Assembly: GCF_964355755.1 (NCBI RefSeq)
Contig: NC_092679.1
Span: forward strand, 11,887,432-11,951,431
From: Antedon mediterranea
Lineage: Eukaryota; Animalia; Echinodermata
Length of the DNA stretch: 64,000 nt
Direction: 5' to 3'
In this document: one piece after another, positions 1 to 15,700 of the stretch
How positions within the stretch are numbered: position 1 is the stretch's first letter
How the letters are laid out: every line of letters starts with the position of its first letter
Notes under the pieces: generated by a model
The model's database searches: none
Told to the model about the DNA's origin: nothing
What the model saw: the letters and a program-made list of their open reading frames with translations, nothing else
Program-made: the position numbers and the translations under genes

Positions 1-782
1 TTCAACAGTAGTTGGACAGCCTGATATGGTTGGATTCTCATTGTCTATCAAAATGAATTGCCGTCCTCGTTATCGTTATTATCATTGTCATTTTTATTAT
101 TACTGCGTTTTATTATAATTTCATTTTACTAACTATTTAAAAAAAGTGAATATATTAAAGTAATCATACCATTAACAGTAATTAGAAACGAACAACTCGC
201 CGTATTTCCAGAAACATCAGTAACCTGGTAAGCAAGTGTGTTTTCTCCGATTGGTAGATTATCCCCTGAACTGTAAGAGTGGCCATCTTCAGCTACAGTG
301 ACGGTCATTTCAGAATTATCACTGGAACTAATTGACCATGTGACTACCGCTGTAGCAGCATTAGACTCTGTGTTGCTTGTTATGTCATCTTGGCATAGTA
401 CAGTCGGTGGTTCTTCATCTAAAGAAATAATAATACTAATAAAATAAAATATTAGAATTAGGCGCCTATATTCAGAGGGAACTATCTTGGTTATGCAATT
501 CAGTACTGTAAGGATAATTACAATATTTACCTATAATTGTAATATCAAAAGAGCAAGTAGCCGTATTACCATACGGATCCGCTGCAGTGATGGAAATCGT
601 GTATGCCTGAACTGGATACTGGAAAGCGTACTCTGTCTGCACTCCAGTTGAAGTAATAGAAACAGAATCACTGTTATCAGTGGCCGTTGGCGATGGTATC
701 GTCACTGACGCATAACTTTCACCGGTATCAGTCAAAATCATTGCTGGAAGAACTGGACAGGATATCATAGGATCTTCGTCAT
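1..782 (-). CDS. HYR29, HYR30 and start of HYR31 exons
   Basis: 531-782, 170-418 and 1-44 (partial, DNENPTISGCPTTVE). Confidence 0.88.
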
Positions 783-3700
783 CTATGACAAAAATAAGCG
801 TTTTATATTATATTGAGAAAATGAATAGTTTCCTACATTTCATTTAAAGTTTATTTAAGTTTGTTACTTACCTTCAACGGTGACAAGAAATGAATACGTA
901 TCTGTATTACCAAAATCATCAGTAGCTGTATATGTTACCGTTGTGTTTCCAATTGGAAAAACTGAATCTGGTGATACAGTTGAGGTTAAAGTAACATTGC
1001 CTGAGTTATCTGTTGCAGTTGGTTCAGTCCATGAAACAGTTGTATCTGGCTCACCCGGATCAGTAGACGATGTTATATCTATTGGTCCGTTGGTAATCGT
1101 TGGAGGTTCATCGTCTGTTATTGTGACAGTAAATGTGCTAGTTAACACGTTATTGTTGACGTCAGTTGCGGTATACGTGACGGTGGTTTCACCGATGGTG
1201 AATGTACTTCCCGATGCAATGTCCGATGTGACTGTCACAGGTTCATTTGAGTTGTCGGATACAGTAGGCTCTGTCCATATCACAATGGCATTATCAGTAC
1301 CAACATCTGTTGATATTGCTATGTTTTCTGGAACATTACCTAACACAGGAGGCTCATCATCTACGAATTTAAATGTATGTCGATACAATTAAATAAATTC
1401 ATCTTCTTCCGTAGAATTTTTCATTCATTCAAACTATATGTAGATTATAAAATCTACAGAATAGTTAAACCAATAAAATAGATTAGTATTAATACTAAAA
1501 TCAAGAGCAGATATTACATATCTCCAATGGCTGATCTCCAAACATTAAATATATATTGGCCTCATTTGTAAAATTTAGGCCAAACATGGAAGCGTCTAAA
1601 TTAATAATTATTATGTTTATTATTATATACACAATAAGTGGTTCGGAATTTGAATCCTGGTCCGGATTGCCACCAATATTTAATGGAGTCACTCTAACTA
1701 TATACTTTTCAGTAGTTTGAATTTGGTAAAGGTCCGTCTAAAATTAGTAACATATTAAAAATATTTGGCGATCCTGGTCCGGATCGCCATATAAATTGAA
1801 TTGAGTCACTTTAACCTTTCAGTGGTTTGAATTTCGTAAGTGGTCCAGATTAGGGTATACATGTAATAGAGTCGTTCGTGACCACATATCTAAACGTGGT
1901 TCAAATTTGGTAAAGATCCTTTTTAGTGTTGAAATTGTTCTGCTAACAGACCAACAAGCATATCGCAGACAAAATATAACTTCATTTGCGGAGGTAATAA
2001 TAATTGCAATAATTATATACAAATACATGTTTTAACATAAATTAAAATGTAAAGTAATTCGTACCAGTAATATCGATCACAAAAGAACATTCATCGGTGT
2101 TTCCGGACAAATCAATTGCTTCAAATATTATTGTAATATTACCAATTGAGAACGTATCACCTGACTCAAATGAGTGACCAGAACTATTAATCGCCACAGA
2201 ACCTGAATTATCCGTTGCTGTGACGTCTGACCATGTAACTGTTGTCGACGGTTGCCCTGGATCTGTTGATTGAGTGATGTCATCTGGACATGTGATTACT
2301 GGTGGCTCATTATCTTAAATATTAAAAATATTTAGAATTAAAAAATAATATAGGCTGATATAGATTAAACTGAGTTTTTTTTTAAATTCATAATAGGATT
2401 CGGTACCTCATTGAAACTATATTTTGTGTTCAGTTCATCACAACAAAACAAAATCCCCTTTTTTTACGATATACAGTTAGCCTACCTATCACTTCAATGT
2501 TAAACAAACATTCCGTTTCTAGTCCGGCTGCATCTGACGCAATATACGTCACCTCGTTAACACCAACGCCGAAATCACTTCCTGGTGAATGAGATTCCAC
2601 AAAACTGTCAACGCCAACGTTATCGGTAGCAACTGGTGGAGTCCATGTAAAAGTGGACACTGCTTCTCCTGCATCTGTTTCTACTGATTGGTTTACCGGA
2701 CAATTTGAAATTATGGGAGGCTGGTCATCTGTAAAGAAATTTGTTTTATTAAAACATTTATTTGTAAGCCATGGTGTTTCTGAATGAAACAGTAACACTA
2801 ATTGTATCTAGATGGAATTAATGTAACTAAACATGCGCAAGCCTATATAAAATACTAAATAGAATATCATTTATCAGGTCAAACAGAGTTTTGTAAAATG
2901 AAATGAAGCCTAGAAAATGGGAGCCAATGTTTTGTTTTGATGAGGCTCAGACTCACCATATATGGTAACAACAAACGTGCAAACACCCAAATTCCCTGAT
3001 GTGTCAAATGCCTCATATCTGATGGTGGTGCCACCAATTGGAAACTGTGACCCAGGAGTGTGGCTTGCTGTTGTTAAAAGGTGATTAACTTCAACGTTGT
3101 CCCTGGCACTAGGAGGTGACCATACAGACATTCCGGTATCAGACCCTGGATCTGTAGGAAGTTCTGTGTCACTAGGGCAACCAGCAAAATGTGGAGCCTC
3201 ATTATCTAAAGATAAATAACAATGACTTTAATATTTCATTCTAAACTCAAATGTGCTGTCAATACGCATGTATCTAACACTACAACCATCAGAAAAAAGT
3301 TCAATACATTCCTACAATAAGGTGATTTGTTAATAATAAGGTTGGTTATTTAAATAGCATTACGCAAGAAGACACAAATAAAGACAGGTATGAATAAGAA
3401 TCAATAAATTACCTTCAACTGTAATATTGAACACACAGAGCACAGTGTTTCCGGATGTGTCTGTTGCCGTGTATGTAACCTCCAATGGTTCCAATCCAAA
3501 TAAGACCGTTTCTACGGGTGCATGCGTGCCAACCAATGTATCGACGGCAACATTATCGGATGCATCAGGTTCCGTCCAATTTACATAAGCAAAATTTTCA
3601 TCCGTTTCTGTATCAATTACTATGTTCGATGGACAGGTTTCTTTGAAAGATGGCGCTTGGTTGTCTTGAAAGAAAGATTATGAATATACAATATATTACT

Positions 3701-6700
3701 ATAAAGCATTTCTATAATCATGATAGTATGCATATTATTGTAATTTAAATCATATTTTCCACACATATTATTTTCTACGTATAGCAATTACGCAGGCATA
3801 TGTAGAGTCTATACAGGTAGGTATCTCACGAAATAGACTATAATGCATCACCTGTCATGGGTTAAATGGAATTATGGGTTGGACATAATAGTATCTTAAG
3901 ATGAACAATTATGTAGAAATTTAGGTCATTCAATTTTGTAGAAAGGATTTTTTTTTTCTAATCTAAATAAATACAACGGTTTAACTAGAAGTACTCAATT
4001 ACGAAGACTAACTTTCTTTTGTATTTTAACTTGATCTTTCTGTTAACTAAATTGGCTATCGTTTTAATTTAGCTTGTAATTTTAATTATTTTGATAATAA
4101 TTATATAAAACAATGTAGCAATGTTCAACTAAACTTACCATTTACTGTAACTATAAACGTACAGTTTCCAACATTTCCAGATCCGTCTTCGGCTGTGTAA
4201 ATGACAGTTGTGTTACCAAAATTAAAAGTATTACCGGGTTGATGTGATTGGTCCTCAAAGGCAACTATGTCTGAGTTGTCAGTTACAGATGGTTCAGTCC
4301 AGGTTGCAGAGGCTGTTAACAATCCTTCATCCGAGTCTACGCGTATGTCAGAGGGACAGTTTGTCCATTGAGGTGGCTCAGCATCTAAGAGATGAACGTA
4401 CATATGATAAATATGACAAAAATAAATGCTACATTCTACTTATAAATAATAATAAGCGACGTCGTAAAAAGGATAATGTACTTGGTTGCAGGGGAATGTT
4501 TGTCGCGCGTTAACCACCAAGTTGAATCAATGCAATATAATTCTAACAAAATTTACCATAAATAGTAATCTTATTTGGATTTACTGTTTAATCATTGATT
4601 CAACTGGGTTGTTAACGCGCGACAACTATCCCCCTGCAACCAACTACATTATCCTTTTGACGACGTCGCTTATTATTATTTATAAGTAGAATGTAGCATT
4701 TATCAGCGCTATTTGAACATTATTTCTGCAAAAAGTAGTGTCAGTTTAAAAAAAAATTAAAATTTGTTAAAATGTGCTCACACAAGCTCCACCCTTTGTT
4801 AACATAAACACATTTTGTTAGATAAAACCATTTCAGTTTCTTAACATTTTTTTATGTAAACCTACATAAAATAAAAACAAAAATGTGCCTACCAATAATT
4901 AGGATTGAAAAGTTACAGTATCCTGTATTGCCAGTTTCATCGACTGCTTTATAAATGATGTCATAACCAGGTCCAATAAAGTATGCGTCTCCCGATGAAT
5001 GAATTGATAGTGCGGTGACAATCGGATTTGGATCTACATTATCAGTGACTACAAGATCATCCCACTGTATCACTTGTAACTTGGTGCCAGTTAATGTGTT
5101 TTCTTCCATATCATTTGGGCAATTGGTGAATTCGGGAGGTTGTTTATCTGCAGTAATAATAGTAGATTATATTGAAACTGTCTAAACATCTTCAGCTTTG
5201 TTGTGAGTTAAATGCCTTCATTTTAGCTTGGACATTTATTTCATTTCAACAACCACACTTACCTGTTACTTCAATGTAAAAAGTACAAGACACGTTTTCA
5301 TTTCCAGAAAGGTCTGTACCAGTATAGAATACATCAGCATTGTCGTAGAATGCCGTGTAAGGGTCATGTGTGCTTGTGACGTTAAAGAAACCGGAATTAT
5401 CAGTGTAAACTGGCTCTGTCCAGTTCACAATAACATAATCCATGTTATGTCCAATAGTTAAATATTGATCTTCCGGGCATATATCATAATATGGAACTTC
5501 ATTATCTAAAAACAAAAACATTTTATTATATTTCATAGTGTTCACAGTTAGAAACAAAACTCGTACTAATAAAGATTATTTTCCTAATAGAAGTCAACTT
5601 TAGACGTCTTACCATTAAGAGTGACTGTAAATGAACACACTCGGCTGTTCATTGATGGGTCAGTTCCTTCATACGTCACAGTAATAGTTGATGTAAGTCC
5701 ACTATCTAAGGTAATTTGGTATGGAGAGCTGTGACTTTCAGTAATTGTGACGGTTTCACCAGAGTTGTCAGTAAATATTGGTGTTGTCCAAGTTGCTGTT
5801 GCATAATTTTCACCTAAATCAGTGTTTAGTATTATATCTAGTGGGCAGGAATCGAATTCTGGATTTTCAGTATCTGGTATATAAAAAAAATAAAAAAATT
5901 GGGTTCCAGTAACTGGTATTGTGACGCATGACTTGATCATTTACATATTACAAAGTACTCTTGTTATTACGTAATGCTCTCTATTTAAGGCACGCCGTGC
6001 TATTGATCGTTTTGTTCAGTCACGGAATGGCGTAGAGCTATTAGACGTGTGTGTTTAAAGGCTAATAAAATGGTTCGTTATCTGGGCGTGTATAACGTAC
6101 GGTATGCTCTCTGCGCCCAAAACAGTATGTAGAAGTAATTTAGATTACCTGACACAGTAATATCAAACGTGCACTGTTCCGTATTACCAGCTGGGTCAAC
6201 TCCATCGTAGGTCACAGTGACTGTATCTGTGAGACCACTACTTAATTCAACTTGGATGCTGGGCGTATGTGAAGCTGTTACAACAACAGTTTCTCCAGAA
6301 TTGTCTGTAAAGCTAGGAACAGTCCACGTCACAGTTGCAAAACTCTCTCCGGCGTCTGTGTTTGGAGTCATGGAAGAAGGACAGGCATCGTACACTGGAG
6401 TTTCAACATCTGTTAAAAAAACTCAGTATCTTTTTAATGTTTCTTTCCTATATATATTATTTTGGTTTATTTAAATAAAAAAAAATATTAACAATACAAA
6501 ATTATATACAAATGTATTCATCATGGAAAATGAGAGATGAAATATTTAATACAAGAAAACATAGTCAAAATGTTACACATACCTGAAACTGTAACATCAA
6601 ATGTACAGGTAATTGAGTTACCGGAAACATCTGTTGCAACATACGACACAGTTGTTGTAGATTCTAATCCACTACTTAGACTAACTTCAATCGAAGGAGT

Positions 6701-9700
6701 ATGCGTTGGTACAACTGTTGGTGACAATCCAGAATTGTCACTAAACGTCGGCTGTGTCCATGTGACAGTGGCGTAACTCTGTGACGTATCAGTATTCTGG
6801 TTAATATTTGAAGGACAGTTCACAAACGTTGGATTTTCGGTATCTGTAGATTAATTTAGATAATAAAAAGAATACATATGTTCTTAAAGAAGAAACTAGA
6901 ATGAGGTCTATATACTTTCACATTTACGTCATTATTGTGATGAATTTCCCTGTTTAAAATAAAAGTCTTGCATTTCAAGAGCTGAACTTGAATAATAAGT
7001 GTAAGTTAATAGTTACTATGTATTTAAACGTGTAACTTACCTGATACCGTCAACGTAAAAATACATTGTAGGCTGTTACTAGAAGGATCTGTTGCTTCAT
7101 AAGTAACTGTCAACGTTGTTGACAAACCACCTGTAAGCGACACCTGTGTTCCAGGTGAATGAGTTTCAGTTACACCGGGAGTTTCATCTGAATTGTCACT
7201 GAAAGTTGGTGGTGTCCAAGTGAACGTTTGGTAGTCCTCACCTGTTGCCGTTGATAGGGCTTGATTTGAAGGGCACACATCAAGTGTTGGTTCTTCGTTG
7301 TCTAGTAAAAGAGATGCCAAGAATCACAATATCTATAAATTGTTTTTTGAATTACACACATCCAACAGTTATCATACCGGGTTGTCGAATGCATATATAT
7401 ATTCGCCTAAACTTAATTATATAGGTTTAGACAGATGGAAGTTATTTTGTACACTGTTTTAACCTACCATTTACTGTAACTGTAAAAGTACAATCTGTTG
7501 CAGAATTCAATGATGGATCTACAAGAGTGTACGTTATCGTTTCCATAGCTGTTAAACCAGAAGACAAACTTAGCTGGTATCCTGGTGATTGTGATGAGCC
7601 GGATGTGTACAATCCAGAGTTGTCACTAAATGTTGGTTCTGTCCAGGTTGTGGTGGCGTATGCTTCTCCCGGGTCAGTATCAAATGTTGCATCAGATGGA
7701 CAACCTGTTATAACTGGAACCTCAACGTCTGATAAAAGATAAAAAGACTGTTTCAATTTCTTTCAATGATATACTGTTACTGATATATAATTAAAGTGTT
7801 AAAGTTATAATATATATAGCAAGACAGTATTGGTTTTTTTAAACATGCATTTTAAAATGTATTTTATACGTGATCAAATACTTTTTTGCAGATAAATATT
7901 AAGTACAATGTGTTTTAAAATTCAAATCATAATTACCAGAAACAGTAATATCAAACGTGCATTGTTCGGTATTACCAGCTGGGTCAACTCCATCGTAGGT
8001 CACAGTGACTGTATTTGAGAGACCACTACTTAATTCAACTTGGATGCTGGGCGTCTGTGAAGCTGTTACAACAACAGTTTCTCCAGAATTGTCTGTAAAG
8101 CTAGGAACAGTCCACGTCACAGTTGCAAAACTCTCTCCGGCGTCTGTGTTTGGAGTCATGGAAGAAGGACATGCATCGTACACTGGACTTTCAACATCTG
8201 TTTTTTTTTAAACAATATCTTTTTTAATGTATCTTTTTTATAAAAGGGAACAATTACGAAACTATATAAAATTAACATTTTATCAAGGAAAATGAGAGTG
8301 ATTGAAATTTTTATATTATTAGAAAACATGATTAAAAAAAACTTTTTTAAATGTATAAATACCTGAAACTGTAACATCAAATGTACAGGTAATTGAGTTA
8401 CCGGAAACATCTGTTGCAACATACGACACAGTTGTTGTAGATTCTAATCCACTACTTAGACTAACTTCAATCGAAGGAGTATGCGTTGGTACAACTGTTG
8501 GTGACAATCCAGAATTGTCACTAAACGTCGGCTGTGTCCATGTGACAGTGGCGTAACTCTGTGACGTATCAGTATTCTGGTTAATATTTGAAGGACAGTT
8601 CACAAACGTTGGATTTTCGGTATCTGTAGATTAATTTAGATAATAAACAGAATACATATGTTTTTAAAGAAGAAACTAGAATCAGGTCTATATACTTTCA
8701 AATTTACTTTATTATTGTGATGAATTTCCCTGTTTAAAATAAAAGTCTTGCATTCCAAAAGCTGAACTTGAATAATAAGTGTGAGTAAATAGTTACTATG
8801 TATTTGAACGTGTAACTTACCTGATACCGTCAATGTAAAAGTACACTGTAGGCTGTTACTAGAAGGATCCGTTGCTTCATAAGTAACTGTTAACGTTGTT
8901 GGTAAACCACCTGTAAGCGACACCTGTGTTCCAGGTGAATGAGTTTCAGTTACACCTGGAGTTTCATCTGAATTGTCACTGAAAGTTGGTGGTGTCCAAG
9001 TGAACGTTTGGTAGTCCTCACCTGTTGCCGTTGATAGGGCTTGATTTGAAGGGCACACATCAAGTGTTGGTTCTTCGTTGTCTAGTAAAAGAGATGCCAA
9101 GAATCACAATATCTATAAATGGTTTTTTGAATTACACACATCCAACAGTTATCATACCGGGTTGTCGAATGCATATATATATATTCGCCTAAACTTAATT
9201 ATATAGGTTTAGACAGATGGAAGTTATTTTGTACACTGTTTTAACCTACCATTTACTGTAACTGTAAAAGTACAATCTGTTGCAGAATTCAATGATGGAT
9301 CTACAAGAGTGTACGTTATCGTTTCCATAGCTGTTAAACCAGAAGACAAACTTAGCTGGTATCCTGGTGATTGTGATGAGCCGGATGTGTACAATCCAGA
9401 GTTGTCACTAAATGTTGGTTCTGTCCAGGTTGTGGTGGCGTATGCTTCTCCCGGGTCAGTATCAAATGTTGCATCAGATGGACAACCTGTTATAACTGGA
9501 ACCTCAACGTCTGATAAAAGATAAAAAGACTGTTTCAATTTCTTTCAATGATATACTGTTACTGATATATAATTAAAGTGTTAAAGTTATAATATATATA
9601 GCAAGACAGTATTGGTTTTTTTAAACATGCATTTTAAAATGTATTTTATACGTGATCAAATACTTTTTTGCAGATAAATATTAAGTACAATGTGTTTTAA

Positions 9701-12700
9701 AATTCAAATCATAATTACCAGAAACAGTAATATCAAACGTGCATTGTTCGGTATTGCCAGCTGGGTCAACTCCATCGTAGGTCACAGTGACTGTATTTGA
9801 GAGACCACTACTTAATTCAACTTGGATGCTGGGCGTATGTGAAGCTGTTACAACAACAGTTTCTCCAGAATTGTCTGTAAAGCTAGGAACAGTCCACGTC
9901 ACAGTTGCAAAACTCTCTCCGGCGTCTGTGTTTGGAGTCATGGAAGAAGGACATGCATCGTACACTGGACTTTCAACATCTGTTTTTTTTTTAAACAATA
10001 TCTTTTTTAATGTATCTTTTTTATAAAAGGGAACAATTAAGAATCTATATAAAATTAACATTTTATCAAGGAAAATGAGAGTGATTGAAATTTTTATATG
10101 AGAAAACATGATTAAAAAAAACTTTTTTAAATGTATAAATACCTGAAACTGTAACATCAAATGTACAGGTAATTGAGTTACCGGAAACATCTGTTGCAAC
10201 ATACGACACAGTTGTTGTAGATTCTAATCCACTACTTAGACTAACTTCAATCGAAGGAGTATGCGTTGGTACAACTGTTGGTGACAATCCAGAATTGTCA
10301 CTAAACGTCGGCTGTGTCCATGTGACAGTGGCGTAACTCTGTGACGTATCAGTATTCTGGTTAATATTTGAAGGACAGTTCACAAACGTTGGATTTTCGG
10401 TATCTGTAGATTAATTTAGATAATAAAAAGAATACATATGTTTTTAAAGAAGAAACTAGAATGAGGTCTATATACTTTCACATTTACTTTATTATTGTGA
10501 TGAATTTCCCTGTATAAAATAACAGTCATGCATTTCAAAAGCTGAACTTGAATAATAAGTGTGAGTAAATAGTTACTATGTACTTGAATGTGTAACTTAC
10601 CTGATACCATCAATGTAAAAATACATTGTAGGCTGTTACTAGAAGGATCCGTTGCTTCATAAGTAACTGTTAACGTTGTTGGCAAACCACCTGTAAGCGA
10701 CACCTGTGTTCCAGGTGAATGAGTTTCAGTTACACCTGGAGTTTCATCTGAATTGTCACTGAAAGTTGGTGGTGTCCAAGTGAACGTTTGGTAGTCCTCA
10801 CCTGTTGCCGTTGACAGAGATTGATTTGAAGGGCACATATCAAGTGTTGGTTCTTCGTTGTCTAGTAAAAGAGATGCCAAGAATCACAATATCTATAAAT
10901 GGTTTTTTGCATTACACACATCCAACAGTTATCATACCGGGTTGTCGAATGCATTCGCCTAAACTTAATTATATAGGTTTAGACAGATGGAAGTTATTTT
11001 GTGTACTGTTTTAACCTACCATTTACTGTAACTGTAAAAGTACAATCTGTTGCAGAATTCATTGATGGATCTACAAGAGTGTACGTTATCGTTTCCATAG
11101 CTGTTAAACCAGAAGACGAACTTAGCTGGTATCCTGGTGATTGTGATGAGCCGGACGTGTACAATCCAGAGTTGTCACTAAATGTTGGTTCTGTCCAGGT
11201 TGTGGTGGCGTATGCTTCTCCCGGGTCAGTATCAAATGTTGCATCAGATGGACAACCTGTTATAACTGGAACCTCAACGTCTGATAAAAGATAAAAAGAC
11301 TGTTTCAATTTCTTTCAATGATGTACTGTTACTGATATATAAATAAAGTGTTAAAGTTATAATATATATAGCAAGACAGTTTTGGTTTCTTTAAAATGCT
11401 ATTTTAAAAAGTATTTTATACGTGATAAAATACTTTTTTGCAGATAAATATTAAGTACAATGTGTTTTAAAATTCAAATCATAATTACCAGAAACAGTAA
11501 TATCAAACGTGCACTGTTCCGTATTACCAGCTGGGTCAACTCCATCGTAGGTCACAGTGACTGTATCTGAGAGACCACTACTTAATTCAACTTGGATGCT
11601 TGGCGTATGTGAAGCTGTTACAACAACAGTTTCTCCAGAATTGTCTGTAAAGCTAGGAACAGTCCACGTCACAGTTGCAAAACTCTCTCCGGCGTCTGTG
11701 TTTGGAGTCATGGAAAAAGGACATGCATTGTACACTGGAATTTCCGCATCTATCGAATTTAAGACAAGTACAAGTATTATTTATTCTAATACTTTAGATA
11801 TTTCTATTAATACACTAAATTATCGTACACATATTACCTGTAACTGTAATTGTAAATATACAAGTTCCGACGTTACCACTGCGATCTGTTGCTGTATAAG
11901 TATTGGTAACTGTATTAACAAGGCCAGAATTCAAAGCAACCTGGTCTCCATTATCATAATCAAGACTAAGGGATGTGACACATTGATTGTCCGACTCAAT
12001 TGGCTCTGACCATGTCAATGTAGCATAATTCTGGTTTGAATCCGTATTAATATTTTGATCAACTGGACAGTTGGTAAATGTTGGATTTTCAGTATCAACA
12101 ACTAAAATGAAAACAAAATAAATTAAAACTAGAATTTAATTCGACACCTAATCAGTGTGAAAAAAAGATAATTTTACCGACATTTAGTGTTTTTTTTCAA
12201 TCCAAACATATGCGTATTTTTTCTTGTATATGGTTTTATCTTAACTGTTTGTTTTGTATGGAGTCAGTGCAGAAACTGTTTAGGCCTTAGCCTATTCTCA
12301 TTCCTGGTTATTTTTACATTGATGACCGAATAAATATTATTATTATTATTAACATGCATGCACGTTAAAATACCAGCGCAAAAAGTTGATGTATGTCATC
12401 TTATGACCTGATGCGTATACGTTTGTAGTGCTAAGTTGTGACTATTATGTGTCATTTATTTTATTTTATTCAGTTGACAACCAACCGCGATGAAACCGCC
12501 ACTAACAGGTTGAATCATATAAAGAATGTAGTTGAAATTACGGGACCCACATGTGTTCTAATTTTTTGGTATGATGACATCAAAATTAAACACGAAAATG
12601 ACAATTTCGGAAGATCATTTGAGCAAAAAGATATTTTGGAAATTGGAAACGTAGGAGCGCGGTAAATTTGTTTAACTTTGACAAAAGTAATGAAACAACT

Positions 12701-15700
12701 TTTTAAATTCAAATTGTTTAATTAATTGATATATACATATCAGCTTTCATAATAAGTTATAAACATCAAGGTCACCTTTAATTATGAATTACGCGACCCG
12801 CACTATTATGTCACTAAATGTCTAAGGGTGATGACGTGATGAATTTTAAATGGTAGCAACTCATGGGAGAGATAATTGGTTGAGCAAGCACAAATTAAAA
12901 CTTGAGAGAAAATCGAGCACATACAAGCGAGATACTCTTTATTGAATGTGATTTTTTAATGACAAAAGAGAAAAAATCGTAATTTTTAAATTCAGGTGAC
13001 CATTATGATGACGTCATAATATTATCAAATGTGTTCATGAGTTCATATCTACAACTCATTGGCGTCACACATTAGGGTCATCGTTTATTCTAAGGAACTA
13101 TAAGAGAGTCAAAATAGGTATTATAATTTTTTACACAAATTAGAATTAAATTGCTCAATTATGAGAGAGCACACGATTTTCTTCGTTTCACATGCACGTG
13201 TTTCGTTATTTGACATTGTAAGTTCACAGAAAAGAAAGAAAATTTACCACATAGGGTATAAACAAAAATTAACTGTAAAAACGGACTTTATGCGTTAATT
13301 ACTTGCTAACGCGCACGATTTCGCGAAAACTTAAACAATGTCCTGAAATTGATATTGATCCTTTTATAATTTTGACGCGTGATTGCGCGCAAAATGTCTG
13401 CATACGTTTTTGAAGATATGATTGATAATGTGATTTCACAAAATGACGTCACGGATAAAGGATAAGCCTGAAAGCTTATTAATAAATTAAATTATTTGTA
13501 AGATATTGTGAAATTTTGGTAATCATTGACATTTGACTTTTTGAAATAATTGTTATACAAAATCTGTACAGAAAGAAATGAAGAAGGAGAATAATACAGA
13601 TTGTATACAATAACAGATGATCATTTTATTCTAAATGATCACCTAATTATTATGTAGTATCAGTCAATGGTATGTGTACCAAACCACAATTCTATCAGAT
13701 AAAATGTCGGAAACACCACTGTCATGTTGCTTTGATCTCTAGGTTGAGCCTTTACTGCTAACCAAGGTACTAGCTAAATATAGCCTATTCCAATGCTACT
13801 ATTTAGGTCTGACAAAAAGTAAATCGAAGATTTTAACTTTAAACAGATATTCATGTGTTATCAGTCAACGTCAACGTCGAAAGTACTACTATAAAACCAA
13901 CAAACACTTACACATTTCGCAAACAGCAGTCAAAGAATCTGAACAACTCAAATCATTCCAGTTTAGATCAGTTAGTTGATTGACACAATTTTCATTGGTT
14001 CCTCCATTAGGTTCATTGGTATTCCAATCTGTAAAACATTAATACCACTTTCACAAAACAAAATTAGGCCTACGCTAATATTTCACCATATATGTCACCA
14101 ATGTTGAAATACATTCATCTGGTTTCTAGTGATAATTTTTAAGAATGTTTCCTTATTTTACACAAAGGGAGCAATTCTCAAATTCTCATCAATATTCAGC
14201 TACTAATCATTGTACAATCGGTTTTTTTTGTACCTCATCAAAGACAAATCAGCATACCTGTGAAGGTAGAACACTCGCCATTATCAGACCACTCAAACGT
14301 TCCTTCTGTTGAAACATCTGAGTACCCAATCCAAACAGCAGCTGATGCACCAAGCTCATTCCTAATAAGATAGTTCTCGTCCGCTGACGATATAACCGTT
14401 AGAGTTGATTCTGAATGGTAATCCTGGCAGGAGGTACTAGCATCATCCCATGATTCCATAGTATCGTGATGGAAATAACAACTTCGTTGCCAGAGAACCC
14501 ATGATTCTGGACATTTCACAACTGCATTTTATAAATAAATTATGTTATAAATCGTCAGTTACAACACTGCTGTTTTTGCGTGAGGAGATGTGAAATTATA
14601 TATTTTCTAACACCGAAAAAAAAGTCTTATTCGAGGTTTACGGGATTAGAAATGAGATTAGAAAGAGTCGTGAGTTACAACATGACACTAAAGTTTAGAT
14701 CAGGACTCTAAATCTTGGGAGGCAAGCAAGTTAACCATCAAGCTACAGTTCCACTACAACCTTACTTCTCGTTTCAGAATAATATGTTACTATTTTGTCT
14801 ATAGTGTGTATAATATTTACCTTTCTCACAAACAACCGGAAGAGTGACGCTACAATCGTTATCATTCCATCCATTATCAGAAGAGCGTATTTCAGTACAA
14901 TCCTCATTGCTACTATCGTCTGGTTGTCCCGAAATAAAATCTTAAAATATATTGGTATACGATAATTAAAAGTATCCTTTAATTATCTGGAGAAGGTATA
15001 ATTAAGTTGAAAAAAGGGAGGCATCTACAGACAAGTCTAGACGAATAATTTTATTTAATTCGAATTTTAACCACAATATCTTTAGTATCCAAATGTCCAA
15101 AATAAACATATTTCATATTACAAGAAACAGTTGCAAATACTGCTCTCTATAGACAAATTATTATTACATGTATTAATGTAACTGTCTTCAGATTTCACTT
15201 AATTAGCATCTGCATTATGTATGTATTGTTTTTTTTTTTAAATCATTGGATATACAGTAGCTTCATTATTTTTATTATCACTGATTGAGCCACTGTTTTT
15301 AAACACTATTAAAATAGTATTAATAACTGTTAATTTATTTAAAAAAAAGTCTAATGACTAGACTGGCTATGTCTCTATACATTTAACAATGTTATTTCAT
15401 TCATTTCAAAACAGTCTTACTTTCATAATATGAAACTTCAACAGTATTCGGCAACCATTCAAAAGTTCCTTCAGTGTTGGTATCAGAATAACCAATCCAT
15501 GCGCTCACCCATTCCGAGTGGAGTTCAGTCATTCTCTCTACAACATAAGAGTTCTCTACATCACCCCCAATAACTACGATATCAGCATCCGCTTCAGTTT
15601 GGCAGAAGGTTCTAGAATCATCAAAAGATCGTCCTGTATTGTCAAATAAGTAACAGCTTCTCTCCCATAATTCCCAGCCATCCGGGCATTCTGTTAAAAT

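Noticed and set aside
880-12009. Plus-strand Val/Ser-rich ORFs (880-1392, 6217-6474, 7527-7742, 11557-12009 and others)
   Set aside because: Antisense shadows of Thr/Asp-rich HYR exons; they coincide with minus-strand exons and lack independent gene structure.
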